Made by a program: the position numbers and the translations under genes. This document shows, piece after piece, positions 1-9,937 of a stretch of 64,000 bases of DNA. Numbering within the stretch: position 1 is the stretch's first letter; every line of letters begins with the position of its first letter. Location of the stretch: IMG/VR virus record IMGVR_UViG_3300028786_000006, positions 64,001-128,000 of that record. One strand, written 5' to 3'. Below the pieces are notes generated by a model. It had not been told where the DNA came from. It made no database searches and saw only the letters and a program-made list of their open reading frames with translations. The stretch comes from a virus.

Positions 1-222
1 GTCCGGGTGAACGCCAAAGGCGTGAAGACCAAACGCAAGAAGTGCCCACCCGGTTACAAGCTGTCCTCTGATGGTTCCCATTGCGTGCGTATCGGTGCTG
101 CTGAGCATCTTCGCCGCGCCAAGGGCGCCAAACGGGGCAACAAGAAAATGAAGTCCAAGCGCTCCCTGATCAATCGAAACCGCGACAAAGCGATGAAGAA
201 ACGTCATAGCATGGGCCTCTAA
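1..222 (+). CDS. 68: Prohead core protein gp68-like (5' truncated by window edge)
   Basis: Frame is open from base 1; basic C-terminus ...KAMKKRHSMGL resembles gp68; lies directly before the prohead protease. Confidence 0.7.
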   Translation, partial: VRVNAKGVKTKRKKCPPGYKLSSDGSHCVRIGAAEHLRRAKGAKRGNKKMKSKRSLINRNRDKAMKKRHSMGL

Positions 223-235
223 CGGAGAACTCAAG

Positions 236-883
236 ATGGCTCTTCAGCTACTGATCGAAAAGAGTGAGTCTCGTCTTGAGACTCTGACTGAGAACACCTC
301 TGACGGGCGTGTGATGTACATCGAAGGACCGATGATCATGACCGACGCGGTGAACCGAAATAAACGGGTCTACCCGCGCTCCGTCATGGAAGAATCTGTG
401 GAGCGCTATATCGCCGACTATGTAAAAGAGCGGCGAGCCATTGGCGAACTCAACCACCCCGAATACCCATTTCCCGACCCGGCCCGCGCCGCGTTGAAGG
501 TGGAATCACTGGAGTGGCGAGGGAACCTGGTTTACGGCAAAGCGAGGATTCTGAATAACGCTTACGGCGAACAGATCAAGTCCTTGCTCGAGGCAGACTT
601 CAACCTCGGGGTTTCAACCCGTGGCCTGGGGGAAGCTGACGCGAACGGTTACGTCAAGCGCGGCTACATGATGAATGCCATCGACGCGGTCGACCGCCCA
701 AGCGGGCAAGCGTGCTATGTAAACCAAGTGATGGAATCCGTTCAGTGGGAATTGAACGAATCCACCAACATGTGGATGCCTGTGCGTCTCGAAGAAACTG
801 CGGCTGAGGCCTTGAAGGGCATTGGTCCTGACCTCGCTCGCAAGATCGAACGAATGTTCGCAAGCTTGTCGGCCACTAAATAA
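236..883 (+). CDS. 21: Prohead protease gp21
   Basis: YIEG, NRNKRVYP, GELNHP and GVSTRGLG motifs; GGAG RBS. Confidence 0.95.
   Translation: MALQLLIEKSESRLETLTENTSDGRVMYIEGPMIMTDAVNRNKRVYPRSVMEESVERYIADYVKERRAIGELNHPEYPFPDPARAALKVESLEWRGNLVYGKARILNNAYGEQIKSLLEADFNLGVSTRGLGEADANGYVKRGYMMNAIDAVDRPSGQACYVNQVMESVQWELNESTNMWMPVRLEETAAEALKGIGPDLARKIERMFASLSATK
876..882 (+). promoter_or_regulatory. Late promoter (CTAAATA) for gp22
   Basis: TAAATA core as in T4-superfamily late promoters, ~30 nt before the gp22 start. Confidence 0.65.
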
Positions 884-913
884 ACCAGAACACCCCGGAT
901 CACGGAGATATTC

Positions 914-1783
914 ATGTCCATCCTTCAACAATTGCTGGAAAGCAGCGAACTGCCTGCAGAGCTGATCGAAAAGACTCAGACTCTGTTCGAAGCCGCTGTC
1001 AACGAAAAGGTCGGCGAAAAACTGACCGAAGCAACCGTCCAGATCAAAGCTGATCATGCGCTGTTGCTGCAACAGGAAATCAAGGTCCAGACCAATCTGC
1101 TGACCGAAGCTGCCGAAGTCGAAAAAGTCGCGCTTCTGGCCCTGGTTGAATCCACCCTGCAGACCGCTGTCCTGGATTGGGCCGGCGAGAACAAGGTTGA
1201 GCTCGACGGCAAGATCAAGGTTCAGCTCGCTGAAAGCATGATCCAGGCAACCGCCGGTGTAATGGCCGAGCACAGCGTCGTCATTCCTGATGGCAGCACC
1301 TCGCTTCTGGAAGAGCAAGCTCTGCGCATCGAGCAGCTGGAAAGCACCCTGTTGGAAACCCTCCAGGAAAGCACCGCCGCCCACGAGCAGCTGCAGACCA
1401 TCCACCGCACCGCCGCCCTGAACGAATCGACCTCCAACCTGACCGACACCCAACGTGAACGCGTTGTGGCCCTGTTGGAAGGTGTTGACTCTGCCGATTT
1501 GGAGCAGTTTAAACGCAAGGTAGGTATTCTGGTAGAGGCCGTTATCGACCCAACCGGCGCTGCCGCTGCCGCTGCGAAAAAACTGAACGAGCAAGCTGCT
1601 CTGCCAGACGCTGCTGCACTGGCTGCTGCCGCTGCGAAAAAGCTGAACGAAGACGCTGCTGCCGCTGCTCTTGCCCTGGGCAAAGGCGACGGTCTGTTGG
1701 TCGAAAGTCAGCCGAACGCGGTTCCAGTTGTCAAGGTTCCAGAAGTAGATCCAGCGGTCGCCGGTTACCTGGCAAACCTCTGA
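914..1783 (+). CDS. 22: Prohead scaffold gp22
   Basis: Acidic coiled-coil between gp21 and gp23; TLFEAAV motif; many L-x-E protease sites. Confidence 0.85.
   Translation: MSILQQLLESSELPAELIEKTQTLFEAAVNEKVGEKLTEATVQIKADHALLLQQEIKVQTNLLTEAAEVEKVALLALVESTLQTAVLDWAGENKVELDGKIKVQLAESMIQATAGVMAEHSVVIPDGSTSLLEEQALRIEQLESTLLETLQESTAAHEQLQTIHRTAALNESTSNLTDTQRERVVALLEGVDSADLEQFKRKVGILVEAVIDPTGAAAAAAKKLNEQAALPDAAALAAAAAKKLNEDAAAAALALGKGDGLLVESQPNAVPVVKVPEVDPAVAGYLANL
1555..1680 (+). repeat. In-frame imperfect tandem repeat (AAAAAKKLNE x2) in scaffold
   Basis: gctgccgctgcgaaaaa(a/g)ctgaacga occurs twice, about 60 nt apart. Confidence 0.8.
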
Positions 1784-1797
1784 TTTAAGTCTGCCCA

Positions 1798-1804
1798 CTA
1801 AATA
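1798..1804 (+). promoter_or_regulatory. Late promoter (CTAAATA) for major capsid gene
   Basis: CTAAATAccc in the gp22-gp23 intergenic region. Confidence 0.75.
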
Positions 1805-1844
1805 CCCACATCATCACCAAATCGATTTATCAAGAGGAACACCC

Positions 1845-3278
1845 ATGAGTGCTCGCATGATCACCGAATCCCAGCGCCAAAAGTGGAAGCCGGTGCTGGA
1901 TAAGGAAGCGTCTCCGTCCAAAGGCCTGAGCCGCGAAGACATCTTCTCCCGCTTGCTGGAAAACCAGGAAGTGTGGTGCAAACAGAACCTGTCGGAAACT
2001 TCGCAAGTTCTGAACGAATCCGGCGAACCGATCAACCAGATCGGCGTTGCTGACGGTGTATCCGGTGCGGCTGGTTCGATCAAAACCTGGACCCCGACCC
2101 TGATCAAGATGGCCAAGCGTCTGCCGCCAAACCTGGTCGCGTTCGACTTCTTCGGCGTACAGCCGATGACCGGTCCTGATGGTCAAGTGTTCGCCCTGCG
2201 TTCGCGCTACAACGACAACGTGGGTGCCGGTGAAACTGGCGTCAACTTCAACGACTCGGAAGCACTGGTCAATGAAGCACTGACCGGCTTCAGCGGTAAC
2301 GGCGTTGCACAGACCGGCGACACCTCGGGCTTCCCGCAGGGTCACATGTACAAGAACGGCGTTCAAGTGCCAGCAGCCAACCCAGCCTTCGGCCAGGGTA
2401 TGGGCGTTGACGCTGCGCAGAAACTGGGTTCGACCTCGCCTTGGTCGAAGATGGGCATCACCATCGAGAAGAGCGGCGTGACCGCCAAGTCTCGTGGCCT
2501 GTATGCTGACTACAGCCATGAGCTGCGTCAGGACATGCTGGCCGTTCACGGTGAAGACGTGGATTCCATCCTGACTGAAGTTCTGCTTCAGGAAATTCAG
2601 GCTGAAATGAACCGTGAGTTCATCCGCACCATGAACGTTGCAGCTGAGTTCGGCTACAGCGGTACTGCGTACGACCGCAACGCCGGCGACACCGGTTGGG
2701 ATACTGTTCGCCGTGCAGGCGTACTGAACATCTCCACCGACCTGGACGGCCGTTGGGCTCTGGAACGTTGGAAAGGCTTGCTGTTCCGCATCGAGCTGGA
2801 AGCCAACGCCATCGCCAAGCGCACTCGTCGCGGCAAAGGCAACAAAATGATCACCAGCTCCAACGTCGCATCCGCAATGATGCTGACCGGCATGCTGGAC
2901 TTCTCCCCGGCGCTGGCTGGCCAGGGTGACATGGTCGTTGACGATACCGGTCAGACCTACGTCGGCAAGCTGGCCAACGGTGTTGATGTCTTCATCGACC
3001 CATGGGCTGAGCTGGATTACTTCACCATCGGCTACAAAGGCCAAGGTGAACTGGATGCCGGTGCGATCTTCTGCCCGTACATCCCGATCGAGATGTACCG
3101 TGCGAACGATACCGACTCGTTCCAGCCGCGCATGGGCTTCAAAACCCGTTACGGCCTGATCGCGAACCCGTTCGTGAGCAAGACCGCAGCTGGTGTTGAC
3201 CTGGCTGGTAAAGGCCTGGGCGCCCAGGAGAATAGTTATTTTCGTAAGGTGGCTGTATTGAATTTGACTCAGTACTGA
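1845..3278 (+). CDS. 23: Major capsid protein gp23
   Basis: GVQPMTGPDGQVFALRSRY, AKSRGL, EMNRE and FQPRMGFKTRYG motifs. Confidence 0.98.
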   Translation: MSARMITESQRQKWKPVLDKEASPSKGLSREDIFSRLLENQEVWCKQNLSETSQVLNESGEPINQIGVADGVSGAAGSIKTWTPTLIKMAKRLPPNLVAFDFFGVQPMTGPDGQVFALRSRYNDNVGAGETGVNFNDSEALVNEALTGFSGNGVAQTGDTSGFPQGHMYKNGVQVPAANPAFGQGMGVDAAQKLGSTSPWSKMGITIEKSGVTAKSRGLYADYSHELRQDMLAVHGEDVDSILTEVLLQEIQAEMNREFIRTMNVAAEFGYSGTAYDRNAGDTGWDTVRRAGVLNISTDLDGRWALERWKGLLFRIELEANAIAKRTRRGKGNKMITSSNVASAMMLTGMLDFSPALAGQGDMVVDDTGQTYVGKLANGVDVFIDPWAELDYFTIGYKGQGELDAGAIFCPYIPIEMYRANDTDSFQPRMGFKTRYGLIANPFVSKTAAGVDLAGKGLGAQENSYFRKVAVLNLTQY

Positions 3279-3288
3279 GTCGGTTCGG

Positions 3289-4140
3289 TCAGCCTCTAAC
3301 GAGTAACTGAAACGAAAAGGGGAGTGGCGAAAGCCACTCCCCTTTTTCTATTGCGGGTCGAAACCCCCACCCCATTTCAGCCCAGGTCTTACCAACGTGG
3401 GCTAGCTTTTCTTCTGGTGATAGGTCCCAGTTTGACTGAAGGGCGTGAGCCGTGATCGCCTTGGCGTTTAGAACTCGACAACGGTTCAATATCCCAGTCG
3501 GGCTTTTCATCGCGTGCGCCCTCATCGCATCTTCCTTGGTGTCAAACCTGCCTTTGGGTGTGACCCAATGACCGACGAAAGCGTTGCTCTTTGCACCCCG
3601 GCGTACACCAGTGTTGAAGTGTCGATACTTCGACTTGTCCTTGGCCTCTTCCTTGGACACCATGACCATCTTCTCATCGCTGAGCCTGACCATGGCCACC
3701 TGACCCAACATGATACCCGCGTACCTGTCTGGTTCGGAGTCCATCTGTCCCTGGGTCAGCCTCACCACCTTGCCCGTCTGTGTATCAAGGCGAGTGATGA
3801 TGCCATCCATCTTGGCCGACGACTTCTTTGAGTGGATCGCCCTGGCCTTCTCGTAATCACGGGATCGTCGTTCCTCGATCCTGTAGTCGTATCGCTTGCT
3901 GTTACACATACTGAAGAATGCGAACTGCAGGCCATGACTGTCGGGGTACGCCCGGCGCAATAGCCTGTGAGCTATGAAGTGTTCACGCCTCGTCAGCTTG
4001 ATGAGGTTGCCGGGGCTGTCGTCCCCACCGAGGCATCTGGGGTTGATATGGTGGCGCTCTATTCCGGTCCCGCGTGGGATGCTTCGAGCGGCACGAGAGG
4101 AGATGAAGCGATGGTATCTGTCGTGGTAATGTCTATTCAT
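3289..4140 (-). mobile_element. Free-standing HNH homing endonuclease (Mob-like)
   Basis: ERHHINPRCLGGDDSPGNLIKLTRREHFIAHRLL HNH motif; antisense insertion beside a conserved gene. Confidence 0.9.
3314..3348. terminator. Intrinsic (probably bidirectional) terminator after gp23
   Basis: aaaaggggagtggc-gaaa-gccactcccctttt perfect hairpin with A and T tracts. Confidence 0.85.
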
Positions 4141-4218
4141 ACCGGTAGCTTACTCAACATCTAGATTATGAGCAAGTTCACTATGTACCGTATAGGCCAA
4201 ACATCAGAGGAACACACC

Positions 4219-4503
4219 ATGCATCCATTTCTCAGCGACAAGCGAATGCTGGTCGAGAACATTAACCCGATCAACCGAGCGCTGTACAGTTCCAAAGACC
4301 CGATTGCCGACCGCGCCCGTAAGATGATGGCCTTGCAGAAGGTGACCAAAGATGTCACCGGTAAGTCCAGCATCAAGGACGGCAGCATGTACATGTCCGA
4401 CGTTGACCTGAAGAAAAAGACCGGCAAGTATACCAAGGATGGCAGGGTGTACGGCGCGGTCAAGGTCGAGAAGGTTTGGTACCTGACTGGGCAGTTGAGC
4501 TGA
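4219..4503 (+). CDS. Small basic hypothetical protein, possibly head-packaged
   Basis: GAGG RBS before ATG 4219; N-terminus contains an L-V-E site resembling a gp21 cleavage site. Confidence 0.55.
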   Translation: MHPFLSDKRMLVENINPINRALYSSKDPIADRARKMMALQKVTKDVTGKSSIKDGSMYMSDVDLKKKTGKYTKDGRVYGAVKVEKVWYLTGQLS

Positions 4504-4506
4504 TTC

Positions 4507-4728
4507 ATGAGCCACGACCTGAAGGTCCAGGATGAGCCAGGCCTAGTCCGTAAGGGCGGGAATCCTGGCGTCATATCCAATGTCGATTACGAGGCGTTCC
4601 AGGCATACCAAGCCCGGCGCCAAAAGCTAATGACGGATCAGGAACGCATCCAGAATCTGGAGCAGAAGGTTGATGACCTCGGCTCCAAGCTCGACCTGAT
4701 TCTGAACCATATCAAAGGAGCCAACTGA
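4507..4728 (+). CDS. Conserved small coiled-coil protein of T4-like phages
   Basis: LKVQDEPGLVRK...VISNVD...YQARR plus coiled coil; stop overlaps the gp13 start. Confidence 0.7.
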   Translation: MSHDLKVQDEPGLVRKGGNPGVISNVDYEAFQAYQARRQKLMTDQERIQNLEQKVDDLGSKLDLILNHIKGAN

Positions 4729-5477
4729 TGGCCAGATTGAACAGCCGCGAGGACATGGTCGACTACATCATGAAGCGCCTGGGTTCGCCCGTAATTCAGG
4801 TCAACGTTTCGCCTGACCAGGTGGAAGTGTCGATCGACGAGGCCATCCAGCTCTTCGTGATGCACCACCGTGATGGCTCCGAGGAGACCTTCTACGCGTA
4901 CAAGATGACCGCGCAGGATATCACCAACGGTTACCTCCCGGTCCCAGACAGCATCTACGACATCATCGAGGTGATCCCGAAGGGTGTTGGTATTTCCAAC
5001 ATGGACTTCGCCACCGTCGAATGGCAGATGGTCAACAGCCTGATGAGCCAGGGCCGTAGCTTTGTGCCGATCGGACTGGCAGATTACAACGCGACCCGCA
5101 TGGCGCTGACCAACGTCAACATCATGGTCGGCACGTACAACCAGGCGTTCGTGTTCAAGAAATACAAGCGTCACGTGGTGCCTCAGTTCCCGACATCTGA
5201 AGGCCAGGTCATCTGCTTCCGGTGTTATGAACAGATCAACCCTGATGACGAAGGCAACTCAGCAGCCTGGGACGACCAATGGCTGAAGGCGTACGCCACT
5301 GCGGCGGTCAAGGAGAAGTGGGGCCTGATTCTGAAGAAGGCCGACGGCATTCGTTTGCCGGGTGGTATCACCCTGAACGGCCAGCAGATCTATGATGAAG
5401 CGGTCGACGCCAAAGAGAAGCTGATGGAAGAGCTTCGCAAGAAACACGAACCCCCTGCTGACTTCTTCATAGGCTGA
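4728..5477 (+). CDS. 13: Neck protein gp13
   Basis: KRLGSPVIQVNV, WLKAYATA and LPGGITLNG motifs. Confidence 0.95.
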   Translation: MARLNSREDMVDYIMKRLGSPVIQVNVSPDQVEVSIDEAIQLFVMHHRDGSEETFYAYKMTAQDITNGYLPVPDSIYDIIEVIPKGVGISNMDFATVEWQMVNSLMSQGRSFVPIGLADYNATRMALTNVNIMVGTYNQAFVFKKYKRHVVPQFPTSEGQVICFRCYEQINPDDEGNSAAWDDQWLKAYATAAVKEKWGLILKKADGIRLPGGITLNGQQIYDEAVDAKEKLMEELRKKHEPPADFFIG

Positions 5478-5481
5478 ACCA

Positions 5482-5979
5482 ATGAAATCTTTCAACCATT
5501 TTCTGTGCGAACAGACAGGCCGGGCGCTGATCAACGGCAAGGGCCTGAACGCATTGTTCACCAGAGGCCTGGGTAGCTACTCCAAGACAAAGGTCAAATC
5601 GGGGAAGTTTTTCTTCAAGAAACTGTTGGCAACCCCGACCGAAGTGAAGGTCGAAATGACCTTCTCGTTTATGCCTGGTGACGAGAAGGGTGGGTACTCC
5701 GAAAACGGGTTCGCCACCGTCCGTCGCATCCTGGATTCTGAGTTGCAGGATGCCGGCCAGGTGTTCAATAATACTCAGAATACTCCTCAAAGCCTGGCCT
5801 TTCACGGTAAGTCTCCGGTGGAGTACCACGGTAAGACCGAGCTGACCCAGAAGACCCTGGATATGACGTTCGCGATCAAGCGTACAGGTATCGTGTCTGA
5901 CCTTCTGGGGTATCTTTCCGATACACCGCTGGGTAATGCCGAACTGTACGTCGCAACCATCACCAAAAAGCTGATCTGA
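5482..5979 (+). CDS. Putative internal head protein with capsid-targeting sequence
   Basis: N-terminus MKSFNHFLCE matches the T4 internal-protein CTS pattern (MKTYQEFIAE-like). Confidence 0.6.
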   Translation: MKSFNHFLCEQTGRALINGKGLNALFTRGLGSYSKTKVKSGKFFFKKLLATPTEVKVEMTFSFMPGDEKGGYSENGFATVRRILDSELQDAGQVFNNTQNTPQSLAFHGKSPVEYHGKTELTQKTLDMTFAIKRTGIVSDLLGYLSDTPLGNAELYVATITKKLI

Positions 5980-5981
5980 AC

Positions 5982-6016
5982 GAAGGGCGGCGCCGGGCAA
6001 CCGGGCCGCCTTTTTC
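5982..6016 (+). terminator. Intrinsic terminator
   Basis: ggcggcgccgg-gcaa-ccgggccgcc followed by TTTTT. Confidence 0.75.
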
Positions 6017-6025
6017 GTTTGACGT

Positions 6026-6032
6026 CTAAGTA
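6026..6032 (+). promoter_or_regulatory. Late promoter variant CTAAGTA for gp14-17
   Basis: Same position relative to the start codon as the CTAAATA sites. Confidence 0.6.
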
Positions 6033-6056
6033 CAGAAAACTTCAGAGTGCCTGAAC

Positions 6057-6761
6057 ATGGCCGTGAACCAATATTTCAACCATTTCAACCGGCAATCTGA
6101 ACAGAAGCTGGTTGAGGACTTGCTCATTGAAGCGGTCCAGGCCCGTGGGGTCGATGTCAAGTACATCCCCCGTGAGCGCTTCGGCGACGACTACTTCCTC
6201 GGCGAAGCCCCCATCTCGGAGTTCACAGACTACTACACCGTCGAAATGTACGTGGAGTCCGTCCAGAATTTCAACGGCGACGGCGACATGTTCGCCAAGT
6301 TCGGGATCATGTTCCAGGACAAGACCGAGCTGTACGTCATCCACAGCCGGTTTACCGCCGAGCTGTTGGCTGCTGACATCGAGCGGCCGCGTGAAGGTGA
6401 CCTCATCTACCTCCCCTTCTCAAACAGCCTGTTTGAGATCAACAAGGTGAAGTATGACGAGGAGTACTACCAGACCGGGATCAACTTCGGCTTCCGCCTG
6501 GTTTGCAACCTGTTCGAATATTCACACGAGAAGATGGACACCGGTATCCCCGACATCGACGACATCAATCGCATCCACGAACGCAACCCGGTGGATGGTA
6601 ACGAAAGTGAAGTTGAAGTAGTACAGACTGGGTTCTTTGCCCAGGACGGCGCGGCGATGACCAAAGAGGCCGTCGGAAACTTCAAATCGTTCGACCCGAA
6701 AAACCCGTTTGGTGAATACGACCCAGACGCTCGCCACGAAAGGGGTGATGGCTCATGCTAG
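6057..6761 (+). CDS. 14: Neck protein gp14
   Basis: EQKLVEDL, YIPRE, RPREGDLIY and FEYSHE motifs. Confidence 0.95.
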   Translation: MAVNQYFNHFNRQSEQKLVEDLLIEAVQARGVDVKYIPRERFGDDYFLGEAPISEFTDYYTVEMYVESVQNFNGDGDMFAKFGIMFQDKTELYVIHSRFTAELLAADIERPREGDLIYLPFSNSLFEINKVKYDEEYYQTGINFGFRLVCNLFEYSHEKMDTGIPDIDDINRIHERNPVDGNESEVEVVQTGFFAQDGAAMTKEAVGNFKSFDPKNPFGEYDPDARHERGDGSC

Positions 6762-7573
6762 CCAATCAGCATTTCTACCATGGGTCCATCCGCCGGTATA
6801 CCGTGCTGATGGGGAGCCTGTTTGACGGCATGACCATCCGGCGTAAGGCCGGGACCAAATCTGAATTGGTGCCTGTCCCGGTCAGTTACTCTTCTGGACA
6901 GGCATACCTGAAGTATACAGGTGAGCGTGACTCCCGGGAGAAGGACATCCCCCGGGTCAGTAAGATCCTACCGGCCCTGGTGTTTTCCCTGACCAGCTTC
7001 TCGTTCGACCCAATGCGCAAGCAAAACTCACGAGAGCGCATCCAGAACACCGTGAACAAAGGTGACGGGTCAGTCACCAGCTACGTCTTCGGGCGTGTAC
7101 CGTACGACTTCGAATATGAGGTCGCGGTGAAGACTAAGAATATGGATGACATGCTGCAAATCGTTGAGCAGATCATCCCATATTTCGACCCTTCGCTGGT
7201 GATCAAGATGGATGACTTGCCGGCCACCGACCTGGATGCTCACCAAGACATCCGGATAGAGATGACCAACGTCCAAATCGACGACATCTACGAAGGTGAC
7301 ATGGAAGACCACCGGATGGTCGAGTGTACTATGAACTTCATCCTCCATGGATTCCTGTACAAGCGGGTACTGTCCGGCGCCTCAATCGAGAAGCTGAACT
7401 ATCGCTATACCACGGATGGGTCTGGAGACCAAACTTCCCTCGAAGATCTGTTCAGCGCCAAGGGTGAAGAGACCCCGGTGGAAACCGCCGCGCGACTTCT
7501 GAGCAACACTCTCGAGGGTGAACTATTTGCCCGTGTCAACGTGAACGCCGGGCTTGCTGAGGATCAGCCATGA
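6755..7573 (+). CDS. 15: Tail terminator/sheath stabiliser gp15
   Basis: HFYHGSIRRY, VPYDF and QIVEQIIPYF motifs. Confidence 0.95.
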   Translation: MLANQHFYHGSIRRYTVLMGSLFDGMTIRRKAGTKSELVPVPVSYSSGQAYLKYTGERDSREKDIPRVSKILPALVFSLTSFSFDPMRKQNSRERIQNTVNKGDGSVTSYVFGRVPYDFEYEVAVKTKNMDDMLQIVEQIIPYFDPSLVIKMDDLPATDLDAHQDIRIEMTNVQIDDIYEGDMEDHRMVECTMNFILHGFLYKRVLSGASIEKLNYRYTTDGSGDQTSLEDLFSAKGEETPVETAARLLSNTLEGELFARVNVNAGLAEDQP

Positions 7574-8187
7574 AAGATGATGACGAAAGCGGCGAACGCC
7601 CGTCGATGAAAGCCACGCTCGGGTTGGTTGTGAACAACGACCCGCGCAGCAAGAACATCCGGGATGTCACCGACGACCTGGACCGCCTGACCCGCTCTCT
7701 CGCGGGTGATGGTATGGACATCAAGAGCTTCGGGCCTGGCCAGGACGATGACGACGAAGAGCCCCTACTGGAAGAGGCTGAGCTGGTAATTCTGGCCAAA
7801 CCGAGTTCGGTGATGGACTACCGAGAGTCTGATGTCAGCGAGGACTACCGGTACAGCCGTCAGATGCTCTATACGCTCCTCCATGAAGGAGGCTTGGCGT
7901 TGGCGTCAGCCTTACGGCTTGCGAAGCAGAGCCAGCACCCGAGGGCATTCGAGATCGTCAACAGCATGACCAATACCATGCGCGATCTCACCAAAGACCT
8001 GATGGTTCTTCAGAAAGCCTTCAACGACGTCACAGCCGGCAAGGAAGAGATGAAGAAGTTGCCGGGCGCGGTAGACGGCCAGGCGGCCTTGCCTGAACAC
8101 GAGAAGAAGATGTCAGGGACGACTGCAGACATCCTGAGGCTCGTGAAAGAAGCCCAAGGGGTGACGAGTGAGCAAAAGACAAACTGA
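7570..8187 (+). CDS. 16: Terminase small subunit gp16
   Basis: EDYRYSR and HPRAFEIV motifs; precedes gp17. Confidence 0.9.
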   Translation: MKDDDESGERPSMKATLGLVVNNDPRSKNIRDVTDDLDRLTRSLAGDGMDIKSFGPGQDDDDEEPLLEEAELVILAKPSSVMDYRESDVSEDYRYSRQMLYTLLHEGGLALASALRLAKQSQHPRAFEIVNSMTNTMRDLTKDLMVLQKAFNDVTAGKEEMKKLPGAVDGQAALPEHEKKMSGTTADILRLVKEAQGVTSEQKTN

Positions 8188-9877
8188 ATATGCGCCTTTC
8201 AAGCAGGGGTTCCCGGTAGCCGACGTCAGGCTTCCAATGGACAAGACGTACCGGGATAACCCCCAGATTAAGAAAGCTGATGTTGTCCTAGACCTGAATG
8301 AAGAACAGGTCATGGAACTCATCAAGTGCATGAACGACCCGATTTACTTCTGTCGTAACTATGTGAAGATCAGGACCACGGACGGTAAGATTCAGAACTT
8401 TGAACCTTACCCGTACCAGATCGAACTGATCAAGATGATGGTCGAATGTCGGTTCGTTGCCGCGCTGTTCGGGCGTCAGCAAGGTAAGACCACGACAGTA
8501 GGCGCGGTGATTGCCTGGTTCGGCATCTTCAACGAAAACCAGGACATGGCCATCCTCGCGAACAAGGGTGACCAGGCTCAGGAAATCGTTAGCCGTATCC
8601 AATTGGTGATCGAAAACCTTCCGTTCTTTATGCAGCCAGGTGTGCGCATCTGGAACAAACGATCCATGGAGCTCGGTAATGGCACCCGGATCTTCTCTGC
8701 TGCTACATCGGCCAGCTCCATCCGGGGCCGGTCCGTGTCCTTCCTCTATATCGACGAAGCGGCACACATCGCCAATGACATGGAATTCTATGAGTCCACC
8801 TACCCGGTAATTTCGGCTGGTGAAAACTCACGGGTGGTTATGACCACCACACCGAAGGGTGCGAGGGGGATGTTCTATCACCTCTATACCCAGGGCGAGA
8901 AAAAGCTCAACGATTACGCCACCATCAAATCGATCTGGAGCGACGTACCGGGTCGGGGTGAGAAGTGGAAGGCGACCACGCTGGCCAACATTGGCGGCAT
9001 GGCTCAGTGGCTCCAGGAATTCTGTTGTGAGTTCATCGGTTCCAGCGGCACGCTGATCAACCCTGAAGTTCTTCAGAGATTACAGTTCTCGAACCCCCTG
9101 AAAGAGTCGAAAGACGGTCACACCAAGATCTATTCTGAGGCTCGGGAAAACCGTAAGTACATCGCCATCGCTGACTGCGCCGAAGGCGTCGAGCAGGACA
9201 GTTCAGTACTCACAATCATCGATGTGGAAGAAATCCCATATCAGGTCGTGGCCAAGTACAAGAACAACAAGATCAGCCCGCTGCTGTTTCCATACACGAT
9301 TGTCAGCATGTGTAAGCAGTATGGCGGTTGCCCGGTCCTTGTCGAGTCCAACAATGACGTCGGTGGCCAGGTCACATACATCCTGAAGTACGAACTCGAA
9401 TACGAGGGAACACTGGGGTGCACGACTGACCGCAAGGGCCGTGAACTGAAGATCGGCGGGTACGGCGCCAAGCCTGGGGTCAAGACGACCCGGAAGGTCA
9501 AGAACGTTGGCTGTTCCAACCTCAAGACCCTCGTGGAAATGGACAAGCTGGTCCTTCACGACGAAGACATGCTCCAGGAACTGGGGACATTCATCGAGAA
9601 GAACAACAGCTACGAGGCCGACGACGATTGCCACGACGATTGCGTCATGACCTTGGTCCTGTTTTCGTGGTTGGTGAAACAGACATTCTTCATGGACTAT
9701 TCCAACAGCAACATCGTGACCAACCTGTATGACACCGTGGTGTCGGTAATGGATGAAGAGCTTCTTCCATTCGGGTTCATCGTCGATGCGGCTGAAGACA
9801 ACGAATCGGAATACAGAGAATACATGGGGATCAGGATCCACGAAGGTGGTTCCCTCGATGAATTCTTTCAGAACTGA
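8168..9877 (+). CDS. 17: Terminase large subunit gp17
   Basis: GRQQGKTT Walker A, YIDEAAH Walker B, TTTPKG, nuclease motifs ADCAEG and HDDCVM. Confidence 0.97.
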   Translation: MSKRQTEYAPFKQGFPVADVRLPMDKTYRDNPQIKKADVVLDLNEEQVMELIKCMNDPIYFCRNYVKIRTTDGKIQNFEPYPYQIELIKMMVECRFVAALFGRQQGKTTTVGAVIAWFGIFNENQDMAILANKGDQAQEIVSRIQLVIENLPFFMQPGVRIWNKRSMELGNGTRIFSAATSASSIRGRSVSFLYIDEAAHIANDMEFYESTYPVISAGENSRVVMTTTPKGARGMFYHLYTQGEKKLNDYATIKSIWSDVPGRGEKWKATTLANIGGMAQWLQEFCCEFIGSSGTLINPEVLQRLQFSNPLKESKDGHTKIYSEARENRKYIAIADCAEGVEQDSSVLTIIDVEEIPYQVVAKYKNNKISPLLFPYTIVSMCKQYGGCPVLVESNNDVGGQVTYILKYELEYEGTLGCTTDRKGRELKIGGYGAKPGVKTTRKVKNVGCSNLKTLVEMDKLVLHDEDMLQELGTFIEKNNSYEADDDCHDDCVMTLVLFSWLVKQTFFMDYSNSNIVTNLYDTVVSVMDEELLPFGFIVDAAEDNESEYREYMGIRIHEGGSLDEFFQN

Positions 9878-9886
9878 AGCCCGCGC

Positions 9887-9893
9887 CTAAGTA
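9887..9893 (+). promoter_or_regulatory. Late promoter variant CTAAGTA for gp18-19
   Basis: Intergenic, about 45 nt before the gp18 start. Confidence 0.6.
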
Positions 9894-9937
9894 TCCGACA
9901 CTGCTATCAATCTGCGTGAACAACGAGGACCATCTCA

